A DNA stretch of 64,000 nt from Cyclobacteriaceae bacterium (GCA_965242775.1 CBDETI010000027.1:240422-304421), one strand, 5' to 3'; shown: positions 1 to 10,734, numbered from the stretch's first letter. Translations and numbers: made by a program. The notes: generated by a model from the letters alone, not told the origin.

Positions 1-167
1 ATTTTCCATTCATCGAGTTTTACCGTTGACTCATCGATAAAAGGTTACGGGCCTCAAAAGTTTGTGGCATCTTTGAACTAGTTCCGTTCGAGAGCTATAG
101 ACAAAAAGGCATACAAACAGCAAAGCTTTTAAAAGAAACATTGGTTCAGTGATGTTTTAGGTTGATA

Positions 168-199
168 GGGTCGGCAACTTTAGTCGGCCCTTTTTTTTT
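168..199 (+). terminator. putative rho-independent terminator of an off-window upstream + strand transcript
   Basis: GGGTCGGC / GTCGGCCC stem (8 pairs including 2 G-U) followed by a run of 9 T at 191-199. Confidence 0.4.
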
Positions 200-241
200 G
201 CCCCCTTACATACGTACTTTGCGGCATCATTTAAAACAAAG

Positions 242-1909
242 ATGACGCAGGAAGAAAAACGACCCTTGAATTTTATCGAGCAGAAAATCGAACGCGACCT
301 GGAGCAGGGAAAGCACCCGGCTATTCAAACCAGGTTTCCTCCAGAGCCCAATGGTTATCTCCATATTGGCCATGCTAAATCCATAATTTTAAATTTTGGA
401 CTCGCTCAGAAATATGACGGGAAGTGCAATCTGAGGTTTGATGATACCAACCCCGAGAAAGAAGATACCGAGTATGTAGAGGCGATCAAGGAGGATATTC
501 GGTGGTTAGGTTATGAGTGGGATGAGGAGCGATATGCCTCCGACTATTTTGATGAATTGTACAGCATGGCTCAGACGCTGATCGAAAAGGGGTCTGCCTA
601 TGTCGACGAGTTGACCCAGGAACAGTTCAATGAAATCAAAGGTACTCCCACAGAACCGGGGAAGGAAAGTCCTTTTCGCAACCGGCCCGCGACCGAAAGC
701 CTTTCAATTCTGGAGGAGATGAAAGAAGGGAAATACGCAGCTGGTGAACGTGTACTTCGGGCCAAAGGGGATATGTCTTCACCCAACATGCATATGAGGG
801 ATCCGATCCTGTATCGAATTAAACATATGGAACACCACCGAACTGGCAACAAATGGGTCATTTACCCCACCTATGACTTTGCCCACGGTCAGTCGGACAG
901 CCTCGAAAAGGTCACACACTCACTTTGTACCCTCGAGTTTGAAGAGCACCGGCCACTTTATGATTGGCTGATAGAAAAGTTGGAAATTTTCCCTTCGGAG
1001 CAGACAGAGTTTGCCCGATTAAGGCCTAGCTATACCATTGTCAGCAAAAGGTATTTAAGAGAGTTAGTGGAGTTAGGAAAAGTTGCGGGCTGGGATGACC
1101 CTAGGATGCCCACAATCTCCGGCATGAGGCGAAGAGGCGTCACACCTGAAGCACTCAAAAAATTTATTGATACCGTTGGTGTTGCCCGCAGAGACGGACT
1201 TAATGATATCGCCATTTTGGAGCATGCCATCAGAGAAGATCTGAACAAAACATCGAACAGGGTCTTTGGTATTCTTAATCCGTTGAAACTGGTGATCACT
1301 AACTGGGAAGCGGGCCATGAAGAGATAATGGAAGCAGTGAATAATCCCGAGGACTCTTCCGCCGGAACCCGAACCATGCCGTTTACCCGGGAATTGTATA
1401 TCGACAAGGCAGATTTTCTCGAGAATCCGCCCAGTCCCCGAAAGTGGTTTCGGCTGGGCCCTGACCGGGAAGTGCGCCTGAAATATGGGTACATCATCAA
1501 GTGTACCGGCTTCAAAAAAGGAGATGACGGTGAGGTCGAAGAAGTTTACGCCGAATATGATCCGACGACACGTAGCGGTCAGGATACTAGCGGGAAGAAG
1601 GTTAAGGGAACGCTAGGATGGGTTTCTGCTGATCACGGTTTGAAAGCGGAGGTACGATTGTACGACCGCTTATTCCTAACCGAGAATATGGGCGAAATCG
1701 ATGATGATTTCAAGAACCATCTGAACCCGAATTCACTCACGATTATCAGTGATGCTATTTTGGAGCCTTCGGTAGCTAATATGTCCGCTGGTGAGACGGT
1801 ACAGTTCGAACGTATCGGTTACTTCAGCGTAGACCAGGATTCCGCGTCCGGAAATTTGGTGTTTAACCGGGTGGTCACGCTAAGAGATAACTGGCAGAAG
1901 AGAGAATAG
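242..1909 (+). CDS. glnS: glutaminyl-tRNA synthetase
   Basis: 555 aa. Class I HIGH motif (YLHIGHAKS) and KMSKS-like TIVSKR. Full-length GlnRS-like sequence including the C-terminal anticodon-binding region. Confidence 0.95.
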   Translation: MTQEEKRPLNFIEQKIERDLEQGKHPAIQTRFPPEPNGYLHIGHAKSIILNFGLAQKYDGKCNLRFDDTNPEKEDTEYVEAIKEDIRWLGYEWDEERYASDYFDELYSMAQTLIEKGSAYVDELTQEQFNEIKGTPTEPGKESPFRNRPATESLSILEEMKEGKYAAGERVLRAKGDMSSPNMHMRDPILYRIKHMEHHRTGNKWVIYPTYDFAHGQSDSLEKVTHSLCTLEFEEHRPLYDWLIEKLEIFPSEQTEFARLRPSYTIVSKRYLRELVELGKVAGWDDPRMPTISGMRRRGVTPEALKKFIDTVGVARRDGLNDIAILEHAIREDLNKTSNRVFGILNPLKLVITNWEAGHEEIMEAVNNPEDSSAGTRTMPFTRELYIDKADFLENPPSPRKWFRLGPDREVRLKYGYIIKCTGFKKGDDGEVEEVYAEYDPTTRSGQDTSGKKVKGTLGWVSADHGLKAEVRLYDRLFLTENMGEIDDDFKNHLNPNSLTIISDAILEPSVANMSAGETVQFERIGYFSVDQDSASGNLVFNRVVTLRDNWQKRE

Positions 1910-1934
1910 ATCTCTCTTCTGCTCCTGGGTTTTT
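1894..1934. terminator. bidirectional terminator between convergent glnS and the BNR gene
   Basis: Perfect 12-bp stem GCAGAAGAGAGA (1894-1905) / TCTCTCTTCTGC (1911-1922). The 5-nt loop contains the glnS TAG stop, and a T-run (GGGTTTTTT) follows. Confidence 0.6.
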
Positions 1935-4900
1935 TAATCGGTCACCAAAATTTGTCTAGTCTCGAAACCAAGGTCCGAATCCATTTTCAATACATATATC
2001 CCGGGATTGACATGGAGTTGCGGAAGGGAAATTGTTCCCTGATTTTCCCTGGTTGGTGAGAATGTCTCGATTACACGGCCATCCAGCGCAATGACTGAAA
2101 ATTGAATGTTTTTGGCATTTGCCAGGTCATAGCTGATCACTGAGTTGGAATTGATCGGATTGGGAAATACCTGAAAGGAGTTGGTGAGCTTTTTTGGGCT
2201 ATTTAACACCACTTCCTGAATTTTCACATTGTCTATCATCCAGCCCCAGCCGACGGCATTTGGGTCCGAAAAAAGACGAAAGCGAATGAGAATTTCATCT
2301 CCCGCATCAAAAGTTTCTAACAGATCTAATGTGTGTTCCACATACATGTCTTCCGTACCGTCCTGACTTCCATCGTAGGCGGCTTGCCAGGTTGGGTCAA
2401 AGGAAGCATCGTAACCATCAGCGAGTGGCAGCCACGTCCGCCCATCTTGAGAGCCTTCTACGATCACGAAATCCCAGAACTCAAAATCGCCAAACTCCGT
2501 ACCGCTTTCTCCCGTTTCCACTATCGCTACATCCTCGTAGGTCATGGTAGCCTCTTCACTGGCAACGATTATTGGAGTTTTCAGGACGAAAACCGAAGAG
2601 GTCAACTCAGGGTAGGGGTGGTCCGAATGTATGGCCTGGCTTCTGAACCCACCTGGTCGAGTAATTCTGAATCCGGAACCAAGGAAACTACCGTCATCAA
2701 CGGTAAAATCACTTTCATAAGTATTAGAAGGACTATTAGGAGTGAAAAATAAGCGCTCGATTTTGTCAGACTTGAACTCTCTACCGCTGAGATAGGAGAT
2801 TACCTGGACATCCAGATTACCATCCAGATTTAGGTCGCTAAGGGAGTTGGTCACGGTACCTGTCGTGTTTGCTGCCAGTTCCAGGATCACCTCTTCATTA
2901 ACAACCACATGTGTGGAATCAAATATCTCCGAGAATATGACTTCAACCTGGGTTTCACCCTGAGGACTGATTGAAACTTCACCTAAGACAGGAGCGAAAA
3001 TTACATCCCTTTCGATTGCGGGAATGGTCACAGACCAAATACCGCGACCATAAGTAGCTACCACTATTTGGTCATCTTGTATTTTCATGTCGTGGACGCT
3101 AACCGCCGGAAGGTTACAGTCGAGCAACGACCAGGACGCGCCTCCATTGGTAGATTCCACCAGTCCGATTTCAGTCCCAACCCAAATCCTGTTGCCATCA
3201 TTCGGAAATACGAGAATCGTGTTGACAGCTACATCAGGAAAACCGTTTGATGAAGTGCCGCTTCCTCCTTCAAAACCTGAAATGTCTGCCCAGTTAGCGC
3301 CCAGGTCTGTTGATTTTAAGACTTTGGGTCTGTCAGCAAAAGAAAACAATGCAAACACCGTGTTTCGCTCGGTTGGGTGGGGTTTGAACCCTGAGGTAAG
3401 TCCAAGGGCTGTACCATTATAGTTCTCAGTTGGGGTGAAAGTCTCTCCACCATCTTCCGAATAAAACAATCGACTATCTGCTTGCAGCGCACTTCCAGCC
3501 CAGATCAAGTCCACATCCACATCAGACACTTCAACATCCATGATGTTGGAAAATTGCCAGAACTCCGAATTGATGGGTGTCGCCTCCCAGCTAGCACCGA
3601 AGTTTAATGAACGCCACACGCCTGTCCTGCCCACGGTAAATACACGATCAGGTTTGAATTTGGAGTTGGCCAGACGCGAAACAAAAGGTCCCTGACCTTG
3701 CCCTGAATCTGATAACCCGGAAGTAGCAAGACTCCAGCTGCTGCCGCCATTGGTAGACCTAACCAACTGGTTAAACTGGACAGAGGCCATCATCAAGTTG
3801 GCATCCCGGTTGTTCCAAATGGCTTCAAAGCCGTCTCCTCCTACCGCAAAGGAGTAATTACTTGACGCGCTGGCACTGGTCCCCGCAGGCGTAAACCACG
3901 AGGAGTTGTCCTGCATACCTCCAATGTATCTATTTTCTCCTGGGGCCTTATCCGCCCCATAAAATTGGGTCGTGTTGTAACCAACTCCAGCGTAGGTAAA
4001 GGAGTTGTTCGCGGCACCAGGATTTGCGGAAACAGCGCTTACGTAGAGGCCCCCATCGTTGGTATTTAAGATCCTAAATGTTTGCTCCGACGCATCTTCC
4101 ACAATAGCGACCAAGCCATGTTGGTCGGGGTGTACACCCAACTGGTTTTCAAATTGCTCATTGGTAAACGTATTTTCCAGGTCAAAATCCTCATACGCGT
4201 CTGTTATGTTCTCAAATGCTCTGACGCGCGTGGTGATATTTGTTAATTCGATATTTAGTGAAGTGACAGGAAGATCATTGGGGTCAAATGAGGCACCATC
4301 GGCCAGGGTCGGCCACACAAAGTACAACTGTTCATGAGTCTGGCCGCCATTTGAGGAGATCTGCGGGTTTGCCTCGGTACTGTAGTCGATCAAATGCACA
4401 AACAAGTACTCTCTTGAATCATCTGCACCGTCACCGTCGGTATTGTTTTCGATCAATTCCCAGGTACCATTTTCTTGTTGATCACGAAATGATGCCATTA
4501 GCTGGCGATCGTTTGTGACATCCCACACCTGGAATGGTACTTCTACATAGTCCTGAAATAAATAGTCATTGTCCGGTACGCCTGAGCCTTGCATGTCGAC
4601 AGTAAACCTGTGTGCCATTTGTGTGCCCTGGCCGAATCTGATCTCTACGGAAACGAGCGGTTCTGCTTCTCCGGTTTCGAGCCGCCCTCCAAAGAATGTC
4701 GCACCAAAATTCACAAAATCAATGAATGCGTCCGTTCCATTCTCTACTACCTCAATGGAATTACGTTCGCTACTACCTGATCCAAGTGTAAACTTCCAGA
4801 TATCAATTCCACCAACATACACTACGTCTGCATCAAAAGGGTGTGGCAGTACGGTATTGTCATAATTGCCCTGATTGCCAGTGGTGGGTGAGCCTAAAAA

Positions 4901-6028
4901 ATCAAGCGTACTTTCATCCTCGTTTTCCAGTAGGATCCAGTTAGACGCACCGTCCAGGGATATATACAAATCGGAGTTTGATCCGCTTTCACCCCCAACG
5001 ACGGATGCCCAGATGCGTTGTGGATCCACCGGAGATACCGCGAGTTCGATCCGTTGGCCCAACTTTAACCCACTGCTGGAGTTGGTCCATGTATCTCCAC
5101 CATCGGTGGATTTCAGCACGCCGTTGCCAAACCAGCCAGCGTACATCGTAGAAAAGTTGGAAGGGTCGTAAACAAGGTCTTCCAAGCTGCCCGAGACAGT
5201 GGTGGTCTCCGTCCAGCTTGCTCCGCCATCAGTTGATTTAAAGATAGAACTGGTCCTTCCACCAGCGAAAACCGTACTTTGGGCCGTAGCCAATACCACA
5301 TTTGCATTGTTTGGGTCTACAATGACCCTGGTCACGTTTCTGAAATTGGGGAAGGTCGCTGGATTGCCAATTTGAGTCCAGCTCACCCCTTTATCTGTTG
5401 ACTTGAACAGGCCACTACCGTCCACCTCTCCACCCGAAAATGGCTCTCCGGTACCTGCGTAGATCACACTTGTATTTGCTGGCGACATGGCCAGAGCGTT
5501 GGTGCCCAGGTTGGGAAGATCATTGGTTAGGCTTGTCCAGGATTGACCCGCATTGGTGGTTTTCCATATGCCTCCGGAAGCGGAACCCGCAAACCATGTA
5601 TTATGTGAGGCATCGTCTGGGTCAACGATCACGGCTCTGGTTCGTCCTGCGACATTGCCGGGTCCTCGTTCATCAAAAGTCAATGAAGCGGCGCTGCGAG
5701 CGGCACTTTTGGATCGCTGTACTTGAGCAGCTCTGAACTCATCGAGCAAATGGTTCGCCGCATATTCGGGGTATGCTCTATCAACGGGTGTTCGTCGCTC
5801 TCTTTGGATTTGTGCAAATAAATCAGGTCGATCCATTGGCTGATCCTTGATCTCCAGCTTGGCTTTTTTGGCCGCCTGCTTATCCTGAAAATATTGTTCG
5901 GAATTTATCTCCTTAATTTTTGACGTGGAAGAGGGTGCTGCCTGTTGCCCTAATTCTTTTAAGAGATAAAACGATGTAACGACCAGTACCGCCATGGCCA
6001 TTACCAATGCAATCTTTTTAAATTTCAT
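1934..6028 (-). CDS. large secreted BNR/Asp-box repeat protein (sortilin/VPS10- or glycosidase-like beta-propellers) with T9SS C-terminal sorting domain
   Basis: N-terminal signal anchor. At least 9 SxDxGxxW-type motifs (STDKGVSW, STDGGASW, STDGGDTW, STNGGSSW, SEDGGETF, STDLGANW, STNGGASW...). C-terminal about 80 aa (FQVFPNPINS...YVLKMDSD...ILVTD) typical of a type-A T9SS CTD. Confidence 0.8.
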   Translation of the reverse strand: MKFKKIALVMAMAVLVVTSFYLLKELGQQAAPSSTSKIKEINSEQYFQDKQAAKKAKLEIKDQPMDRPDLFAQIQRERRTPVDRAYPEYAANHLLDEFRAAQVQRSKSAARSAASLTFDERGPGNVAGRTRAVIVDPDDASHNTWFAGSASGGIWKTTNAGQSWTSLTNDLPNLGTNALAMSPANTSVIYAGTGEPFSGGEVDGSGLFKSTDKGVSWTQIGNPATFPNFRNVTRVIVDPNNANVVLATAQSTVFAGGRTSSIFKSTDGGASWTETTTVSGSLEDLVYDPSNFSTMYAGWFGNGVLKSTDGGDTWTNSSSGLKLGQRIELAVSPVDPQRIWASVVGGESGSNSDLYISLDGASNWILLENEDESTLDFLGSPTTGNQGNYDNTVLPHPFDADVVYVGGIDIWKFTLGSGSSERNSIEVVENGTDAFIDFVNFGATFFGGRLETGEAEPLVSVEIRFGQGTQMAHRFTVDMQGSGVPDNDYLFQDYVEVPFQVWDVTNDRQLMASFRDQQENGTWELIENNTDGDGADDSREYLFVHLIDYSTEANPQISSNGGQTHEQLYFVWPTLADGASFDPNDLPVTSLNIELTNITTRVRAFENITDAYEDFDLENTFTNEQFENQLGVHPDQHGLVAIVEDASEQTFRILNTNDGGLYVSAVSANPGAANNSFTYAGVGYNTTQFYGADKAPGENRYIGGMQDNSSWFTPAGTSASASSNYSFAVGGDGFEAIWNNRDANLMMASVQFNQLVRSTNGGSSWSLATSGLSDSGQGQGPFVSRLANSKFKPDRVFTVGRTGVWRSLNFGASWEATPINSEFWQFSNIMDVEVSDVDVDLIWAGSALQADSRLFYSEDGGETFTPTENYNGTALGLTSGFKPHPTERNTVFALFSFADRPKVLKSTDLGANWADISGFEGGSGTSSNGFPDVAVNTILVFPNDGNRIWVGTEIGLVESTNGGASWSLLDCNLPAVSVHDMKIQDDQIVVATYGRGIWSVTIPAIERDVIFAPVLGEVSISPQGETQVEVIFSEIFDSTHVVVNEEVILELAANTTGTVTNSLSDLNLDGNLDVQVISYLSGREFKSDKIERLFFTPNSPSNTYESDFTVDDGSFLGSGFRITRPGGFRSQAIHSDHPYPELTSSVFVLKTPIIVASEEATMTYEDVAIVETGESGTEFGDFEFWDFVIVEGSQDGRTWLPLADGYDASFDPTWQAAYDGSQDGTEDMYVEHTLDLLETFDAGDEILIRFRLFSDPNAVGWGWMIDNVKIQEVVLNSPKKLTNSFQVFPNPINSNSVISYDLANAKNIQFSVIALDGRVIETFSPTRENQGTISLPQLHVNPGIYVLKMDSDLGFETRQILVTD

Positions 6029-6030
6029 GT

Positions 6031-6453
6031 TTATTTGTTGATTTGTCCGCCTGCAATCCGCTTGCCCGTTTTTACATCAATGAGGTAGGAGTTATCGTCG
6101 ATATTTCCAGTAGTCTTGTCAGGTGCTACTCGATTCATAGGGTTTATTTTGATTTTCGAGTCGTCAAACCAAGTTACACTTCCACTTACTTTTGAAACAT
6201 CGACCAGCACCGTGCCTGAAGACTTTTCCAAAACCATGTATCTCTTAAGGTTGAGATCATTCAAGTCTTTGGATTCACGTAGGCACAAGACATAATCTCC
6301 ATCACTGTTTTCAATAAACTTTACCCCATTTCCAAGTTTTTGGTTGGCAATCGAGGTATAATCCACAACAGCGGACTGCTGCTTTTTCTTCGAGTTGGCG
6401 CAGGCGCATAGTAGCGACAGAGCCAACGATAGATAGGCAATTCTTTGGCGCAT
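6031..6453 (-). CDS. hypothetical lipoprotein, probably co-transcribed with the BNR gene (2-nt gap)
   Basis: Signal peptide with Cys (LSLLCACANS). No recognised domain. Confidence 0.5.
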   Translation of the reverse strand: MRQRIAYLSLALSLLCACANSKKKQQSAVVDYTSIANQKLGNGVKFIENSDGDYVLCLRESKDLNDLNLKRYMVLEKSSGTVLVDVSKVSGSVTWFDDSKIKINPMNRVAPDKTTGNIDDNSYLIDVKTGKRIAGGQINK

Positions 6454-6504
6454 AGGACCTGAAATATAGCTAGTATTTAGGATACAGATTCCCGGCCAAA
6501 TTCC

Positions 6505-6930
6505 CTACTTGGCAAAAAGTCGGCTTCTATCCTTAAAGGATTTGAATTCCAGCGCATTTCCCGAAGGATCCTGAAAGAACATGGTAGCCTGCTCCCCAGG
6601 TTGACCCTCAAATCGAACATAAGGCTCAATGACAAATTTCGTCCCCAGGCGTTCCAGTTTTTCCGCTAGATGATGCCAGTCATCCCAATCCAGTACGATG
6701 CCAAAGTGAGGGACTGGAACTTGATGACCATCTACGGGATTAGCATTTTCCCCCTCGCTAGCCTGCTGGGTGATTTGGTGTATAACTAACTGATGTCCGT
6801 AAAAATCAAAATCCACCCAATGCTCGCTACTCCTGCCTTCCGGACATCCTAATACATCTCTATAGAAGGCGCGTGTTTCAAGGACATCTTTAACAGGTAT
6901 GGCCAGGTGAAAGGGATTTAGTTTACTCAT
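6505..6930 (-). CDS. VOC (glyoxalase/bleomycin-resistance/extradiol dioxygenase) family protein
   Basis: 141 aa. FHLAIPV...AFYRDVLG N-terminal beta-alpha-beta-beta-beta module and a second module ending in ALEFK. Confidence 0.8.
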   Translation of the reverse strand: MSKLNPFHLAIPVKDVLETRAFYRDVLGCPEGRSSEHWVDFDFYGHQLVIHQITQQASEGENANPVDGHQVPVPHFGIVLDWDDWHHLAEKLERLGTKFVIEPYVRFEGQPGEQATMFFQDPSGNALEFKSFKDRSRLFAK

Positions 6931-7267
6931 TGTATTTCTCAGCTATTTCTTTCTGTCTTCCAAGGTAAAGTCTGAACTGGTCTCGTGTCAGTATTTGACT
7001 CATTTCCTTGTTTTTTGCCTTTTTTGAGGATTTGACTTTCCTTTTTTTGGCGGCGGGACTCATATCACTTCGATAGATGGCCATGTAGATCTTCTCGTAT
7101 TTGATTGTCACGGTCTGATAAGCTCGATTTTGGTCGATGGAGAGATTTAGGCTTTTGAGATAGATGTCCTGATCGCGAACAAATTCCTTCCGCTGCACAT
7201 CTGATAAGCTCTGACCTACCAGTTGCAGACAGATAATCATCAATAATGAAAAAAGTACACCTCGCAT
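6923..7267 (-). CDS. hypothetical secreted Lys-rich protein
   Basis: Signal peptide. Its stop overlaps the VOC start (ATGAGTAA), which suggests translational coupling. Confidence 0.45.
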   Translation of the reverse strand: MRGVLFSLLMIICLQLVGQSLSDVQRKEFVRDQDIYLKSLNLSIDQNRAYQTVTIKYEKIYMAIYRSDMSPAAKKRKVKSSKKAKNKEMSQILTRDQFRLYLGRQKEIAEKYNE

Positions 7268-7309
7268 TTGGCAGGTAATTTAAAAATCTGTTTTTACTAT
7301 CTTCCAACA

Positions 7310-7317
7310 TATTTTTG
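7310..7317 (+). promoter_or_regulatory. candidate Bacteroidota -7 promoter box (TAnnTTTG)
   Basis: TATTTTTG lies 25 nt upstream of the aquaporin ATG at 7343. Confidence 0.35.
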
Positions 7318-7342
7318 CTTCAACCCTTATTTCCAAGAAAAT

Positions 7343-8065
7343 ATGACTCCCTTTCTGGCTGAAATTGTTGGTACATTCATGCTTTTGCTGCTTGGAAACG
7401 GCGTAGTTGCCAATGTCGTTTTGTCCGGAACCAAAGGCAACTCTGGCGGATGGATCGTGATAACACTTGCCTGGGGGTTGTCTGTTTTCGTGGCTGTTTT
7501 CATAGCGGGTTCTATTTCCGGCGCGCATTTGAACCCGGCAGTGACCATCGGTCTGGCAGTAGCCGGTTCGTTCTCGTGGAGTCTGGTGCCTAGCTACATC
7601 CTGGCCCAGATGCTGGGTGCCATGGCAGGAACCACGATGGTTTACCTCATGCACAAAGACCATTACGATATCACCGAGGATGGGGAAGCGAAACGGGCAA
7701 CTTTTTGTACTTCGCCGGCGATTCGGAACCCGGCTTCTAACTTCTTTTCTGAGCTAATGGGGACATTCGCATTGGTGTTTGGGGTTTTCTATATCTCCGG
7801 GGCAACTGTTGGGAGTCAGGAAGCTTCACTGGGAGCGCTGGATGCCCTGCCCGTAGGGCTCCTTGTGACCGTGATCGGCCTAAGCCTTGGTGGTACTACT
7901 GGCTACGCTATTAACCCCGCCAGAGATCTTGGGCCAAGGATCATGCACCAGTTGCTCCCAATAAAGAACAAGGTAGACAGTGACTGGGGGTATTCGTGGA
8001 TCCCCGTATTGGGGCCAATAGCCGGAGCAGCCATAGCAGGTGTGCTTTTTCTTGCGCTTTCCTAA
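7343..8065 (+). CDS. MIP-family channel, aquaglyceroporin (GlpF-like)
   Basis: Two NPA boxes (HLNPAVT and INPARD). The track ORF begins at TTG 7268, but the first ATG (MTPFLAEIVG) at 7343 fits the family N-terminus. Confidence 0.9.
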   Translation: MTPFLAEIVGTFMLLLLGNGVVANVVLSGTKGNSGGWIVITLAWGLSVFVAVFIAGSISGAHLNPAVTIGLAVAGSFSWSLVPSYILAQMLGAMAGTTMVYLMHKDHYDITEDGEAKRATFCTSPAIRNPASNFFSELMGTFALVFGVFYISGATVGSQEASLGALDALPVGLLVTVIGLSLGGTTGYAINPARDLGPRIMHQLLPIKNKVDSDWGYSWIPVLGPIAGAAIAGVLFLALS

Positions 8066-8175
8066 TTCTTGTGATCAGGCATTTCTAGACCATTCTTGGA
8101 ACGCTTAAAACTGACGCGTGAAATATTCTGATTGCACTGCGAATTATGTACTTCAGGAATGTGGTCTGCCTATTG

Positions 8176-10734
8176 TTAACCTTCCCGGCGTAGCACTTCC
8201 AGGGGCGATTGCCGTACAACATCACGACTGTTGAACAATCCGATCGACACACTCACGATCGTTACTGCCAATAGGATCAAGCCGATTTTCGCCAGGTCCG
8301 GCACAAAAGTGAATTCGAATACGAACGTGCCCAGCAGCGACGAAAATAATCCGGCAAGGACTATGCCGCTGAGACCACTGATTGTACCCAGGAAGAAATA
8401 TTCGGCAACTGTTATGATCCATAATTGCTTTTTCGAGGCGCCCAGCGTTCTTAAAAGCACATTTTCTTTGACACGTTGAAATTTGCTGAGAATGATCGAA
8501 CTGATCATTACAATAAATCCGGTGCCAATGCTGAAAAACGCCATAAATCGAATCACAAAGGCCACTTTACCAAGCACCTCCTCCAGCGTTTTCAATATCA
8601 ATTCCAGATCGATGATTGAAACATTCGGGTAACTTCTCACCACCGCCTGCTGGTATCGTGCCGAAAGGTCGGTCCGGTCGATCCTCGTCACCAAGACATG
8701 AAATTGAGGAGCCTTTTCCAGAACTCCATTGGGAAACAATACAAGGAAATTGGTCTGCACCCGGGTCCAGTCTACTTCGCGAAAACTCCCGACGTAGGTA
8801 GTGATAAGTGCTCCTTGCACATTAAAGAGGATCTTATCGCCAATTTCCAGGTTGAGATTCTCGGCATACCCTTTCGATATACTTATTAAAATTGAATCAT
8901 TCGGATTCTCAATCTGACCAATCCATTCTCCCTCCACCAGGGATTCACTATCTATGAGGCTATCGCGGTAGGTCACCCGGTATTCCCTGTTGTAGGCCCA
9001 ATCAGGGATCGACACGGTAGAATCGTTCCAAGCCTCGTCTTTGTCATAACCATTAACTTCCAACAACCGCATCGTGACAATCGGTACCTCCTGGATCACC
9101 GGTAGGTCATAGTTGAGCGTCAATTCTCGGATCTCGTCTTTTTGACTACTTTGAATATCAAAAAGAATGGTATTGGGCCGCTTTCCCTGTTCTGCCAGCG
9201 AAACCCGCTCGACAAGTAGGTCCTGCATAAAATAAAGTGTGGCGAGAAAAGCTGTTCCCAAACCGATGGTAGTTACCAAAATAACCGTCTGATTGTTGGG
9301 TCGATACAAATTGGAAAACCCCTGTCGCCAAACGTATGAGAGGTTCGAGGGGACCAGTTTTCGCGTGAGCCAACTCATGCCCTTGCCAATGCCAAAAAGC
9401 ACCGCCACCGATCCCAGGAGGATCCCCGAAAATACCAATGAGTCCGAAATCGATTGGATTTGCCAGTAGACTGACAGAAAAATGAATAAGCCGATACCTA
9501 TGATGATTGGGACCAGTGCTCGGTCAAAACGGAAGGTACCATCGAAACCAAACCGTATGGCAGATAGTGGACTCACTTTTCTCAAACCAACGAGCGACAA
9601 AAGTCCAAACAAAAAGGAAATCAACAAGCCAAGTGCGAGACCGACCAATGTCGCCGGCCAATAAGGTGTTGGCGTGATTTCAATGGGTACAAAATCCTTG
9701 ACTACCGCGGGTAGATAAAGATGCAACACCAATCCCAGCAGACTCCCCAGGATAGAACCAATAAAACCGAACCCAACCACCTGGATCAGGAATATGCTGA
9801 TCGCCTGCTGTGCTTTCATCCCAAGGCATCTCAATACAGCGACCGATTGCACTTTACTTTTTACATAAACGTGAATAGAGCTGGCTACTCCAAGACAGCC
9901 AAGAAGGAGCGCCGTAAAGGCGACGAGCTCGAGGAAGTTGGACAGATTGCTGAAGGCCTGCCCGGTTTCCCTTTTACGCTCTTCAATGGTCTCCACATCA
10001 TAACCCTTGCTTTCGGTTCTGGCAACCAGGGGTCCCCACAAGTTGGTGGTGTCCAGATCGGGGTGAAACTGGAAGTAGCTGATGTAGTTGATGCGGCTCC
10101 CTCGCTGTACGAGGCCGGTCTCCTCTACATATTCGTAAGGGATGTAAACCACCGGTGCGATCGTTCCCTGAATACTGGTCTGTCCAGGTATTTTACGGAT
10201 GGTTCCGATGATTTCGAAGCTCAACTTACCGATGCGGACCGAATCGCCATGTTCCACATTGTATTGGATCATGAGCTTTTCGTCTACGATCGCCTTGCGC
10301 CCCTCCCGGAAGTTCCTGGCCGCTGCCGCAGGCTCCGTTTCGATTTCGCCGTAGTAGGGATACTTTCCCTGCACAGCCCGTACCTGCGTTAGTCTCGTAC
10401 CATCTGTTCTCGGGAAAAAGACCATCGATGAGAAATAGCTTTCTCTTGAGTCGGAGGCAGTCAAGAACTGAAACGCATAATGCAATGAGTCAGGTAATGG
10501 TCGGTTACTACTGACTGCTACGTCCGCCCCGATGAGGCTTTTGGCTTGTTCATCGATTTCCGCCAGGAGGTTCTCCCGGAATGAAGTAATACCCACCATC
10601 GCGGCGATACCCAGCGATATAGAAGCAATGAAAAGCAGTAATTTGCCACGACTGCTTCGGCTATCGCGCCAAGCCATTTTCCAGGGCCAGGCCCGGCTGT
10701 ATCGGGTAGGGGCTACTGTTATTTTTTTGTCCAA
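8176..10734 (-). CDS. ABC transporter permease, double FtsX-domain (YbbP-like)
   Basis: About 850 aa with two FtsX-type 4-TM modules and large periplasmic loops. The start is uncertain: TTG at 10734 or ATG at 10677 (MAWRDSR). Confidence 0.85.
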   Translation of the reverse strand: MDKKITVAPTRYSRAWPWKMAWRDSRSSRGKLLLFIASISLGIAAMVGITSFRENLLAEIDEQAKSLIGADVAVSSNRPLPDSLHYAFQFLTASDSRESYFSSMVFFPRTDGTRLTQVRAVQGKYPYYGEIETEPAAAARNFREGRKAIVDEKLMIQYNVEHGDSVRIGKLSFEIIGTIRKIPGQTSIQGTIAPVVYIPYEYVEETGLVQRGSRINYISYFQFHPDLDTTNLWGPLVARTESKGYDVETIEERKRETGQAFSNLSNFLELVAFTALLLGCLGVASSIHVYVKSKVQSVAVLRCLGMKAQQAISIFLIQVVGFGFIGSILGSLLGLVLHLYLPAVVKDFVPIEITPTPYWPATLVGLALGLLISFLFGLLSLVGLRKVSPLSAIRFGFDGTFRFDRALVPIIIGIGLFIFLSVYWQIQSISDSLVFSGILLGSVAVLFGIGKGMSWLTRKLVPSNLSYVWRQGFSNLYRPNNQTVILVTTIGLGTAFLATLYFMQDLLVERVSLAEQGKRPNTILFDIQSSQKDEIRELTLNYDLPVIQEVPIVTMRLLEVNGYDKDEAWNDSTVSIPDWAYNREYRVTYRDSLIDSESLVEGEWIGQIENPNDSILISISKGYAENLNLEIGDKILFNVQGALITTYVGSFREVDWTRVQTNFLVLFPNGVLEKAPQFHVLVTRIDRTDLSARYQQAVVRSYPNVSIIDLELILKTLEEVLGKVAFVIRFMAFFSIGTGFIVMISSIILSKFQRVKENVLLRTLGASKKQLWIITVAEYFFLGTISGLSGIVLAGLFSSLLGTFVFEFTFVPDLAKIGLILLAVTIVSVSIGLFNSRDVVRQSPLEVLRREG

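Noticed and set aside
1-167. Possible RNA gene or gene fragment at the window edge
   Set aside because: There is no ORF, no tRNA cloverleaf and no recognisable ncRNA motif. Only a downstream terminator-like hairpin is present, so this cannot be classified without the upstream sequence.
7268-7342. N-terminal extensions in the ORF track (aquaporin 7268, tesA-like 11598, paaH 24220, paaI 25419, crotonase 30256, TonB receptor 36788, blaI 43939 and others)
   Set aside because: These begin at non-ATG codons or overlap the upstream genes. In each case an internal ATG gives a protein starting at the expected family N-terminus or signal peptide.
9721-10392. 223-aa + strand ORF
   Set aside because: It lies entirely antisense to the FtsX permease gene, which has clear family features. 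It has no motifs of its own, so it is a shadow ORF.
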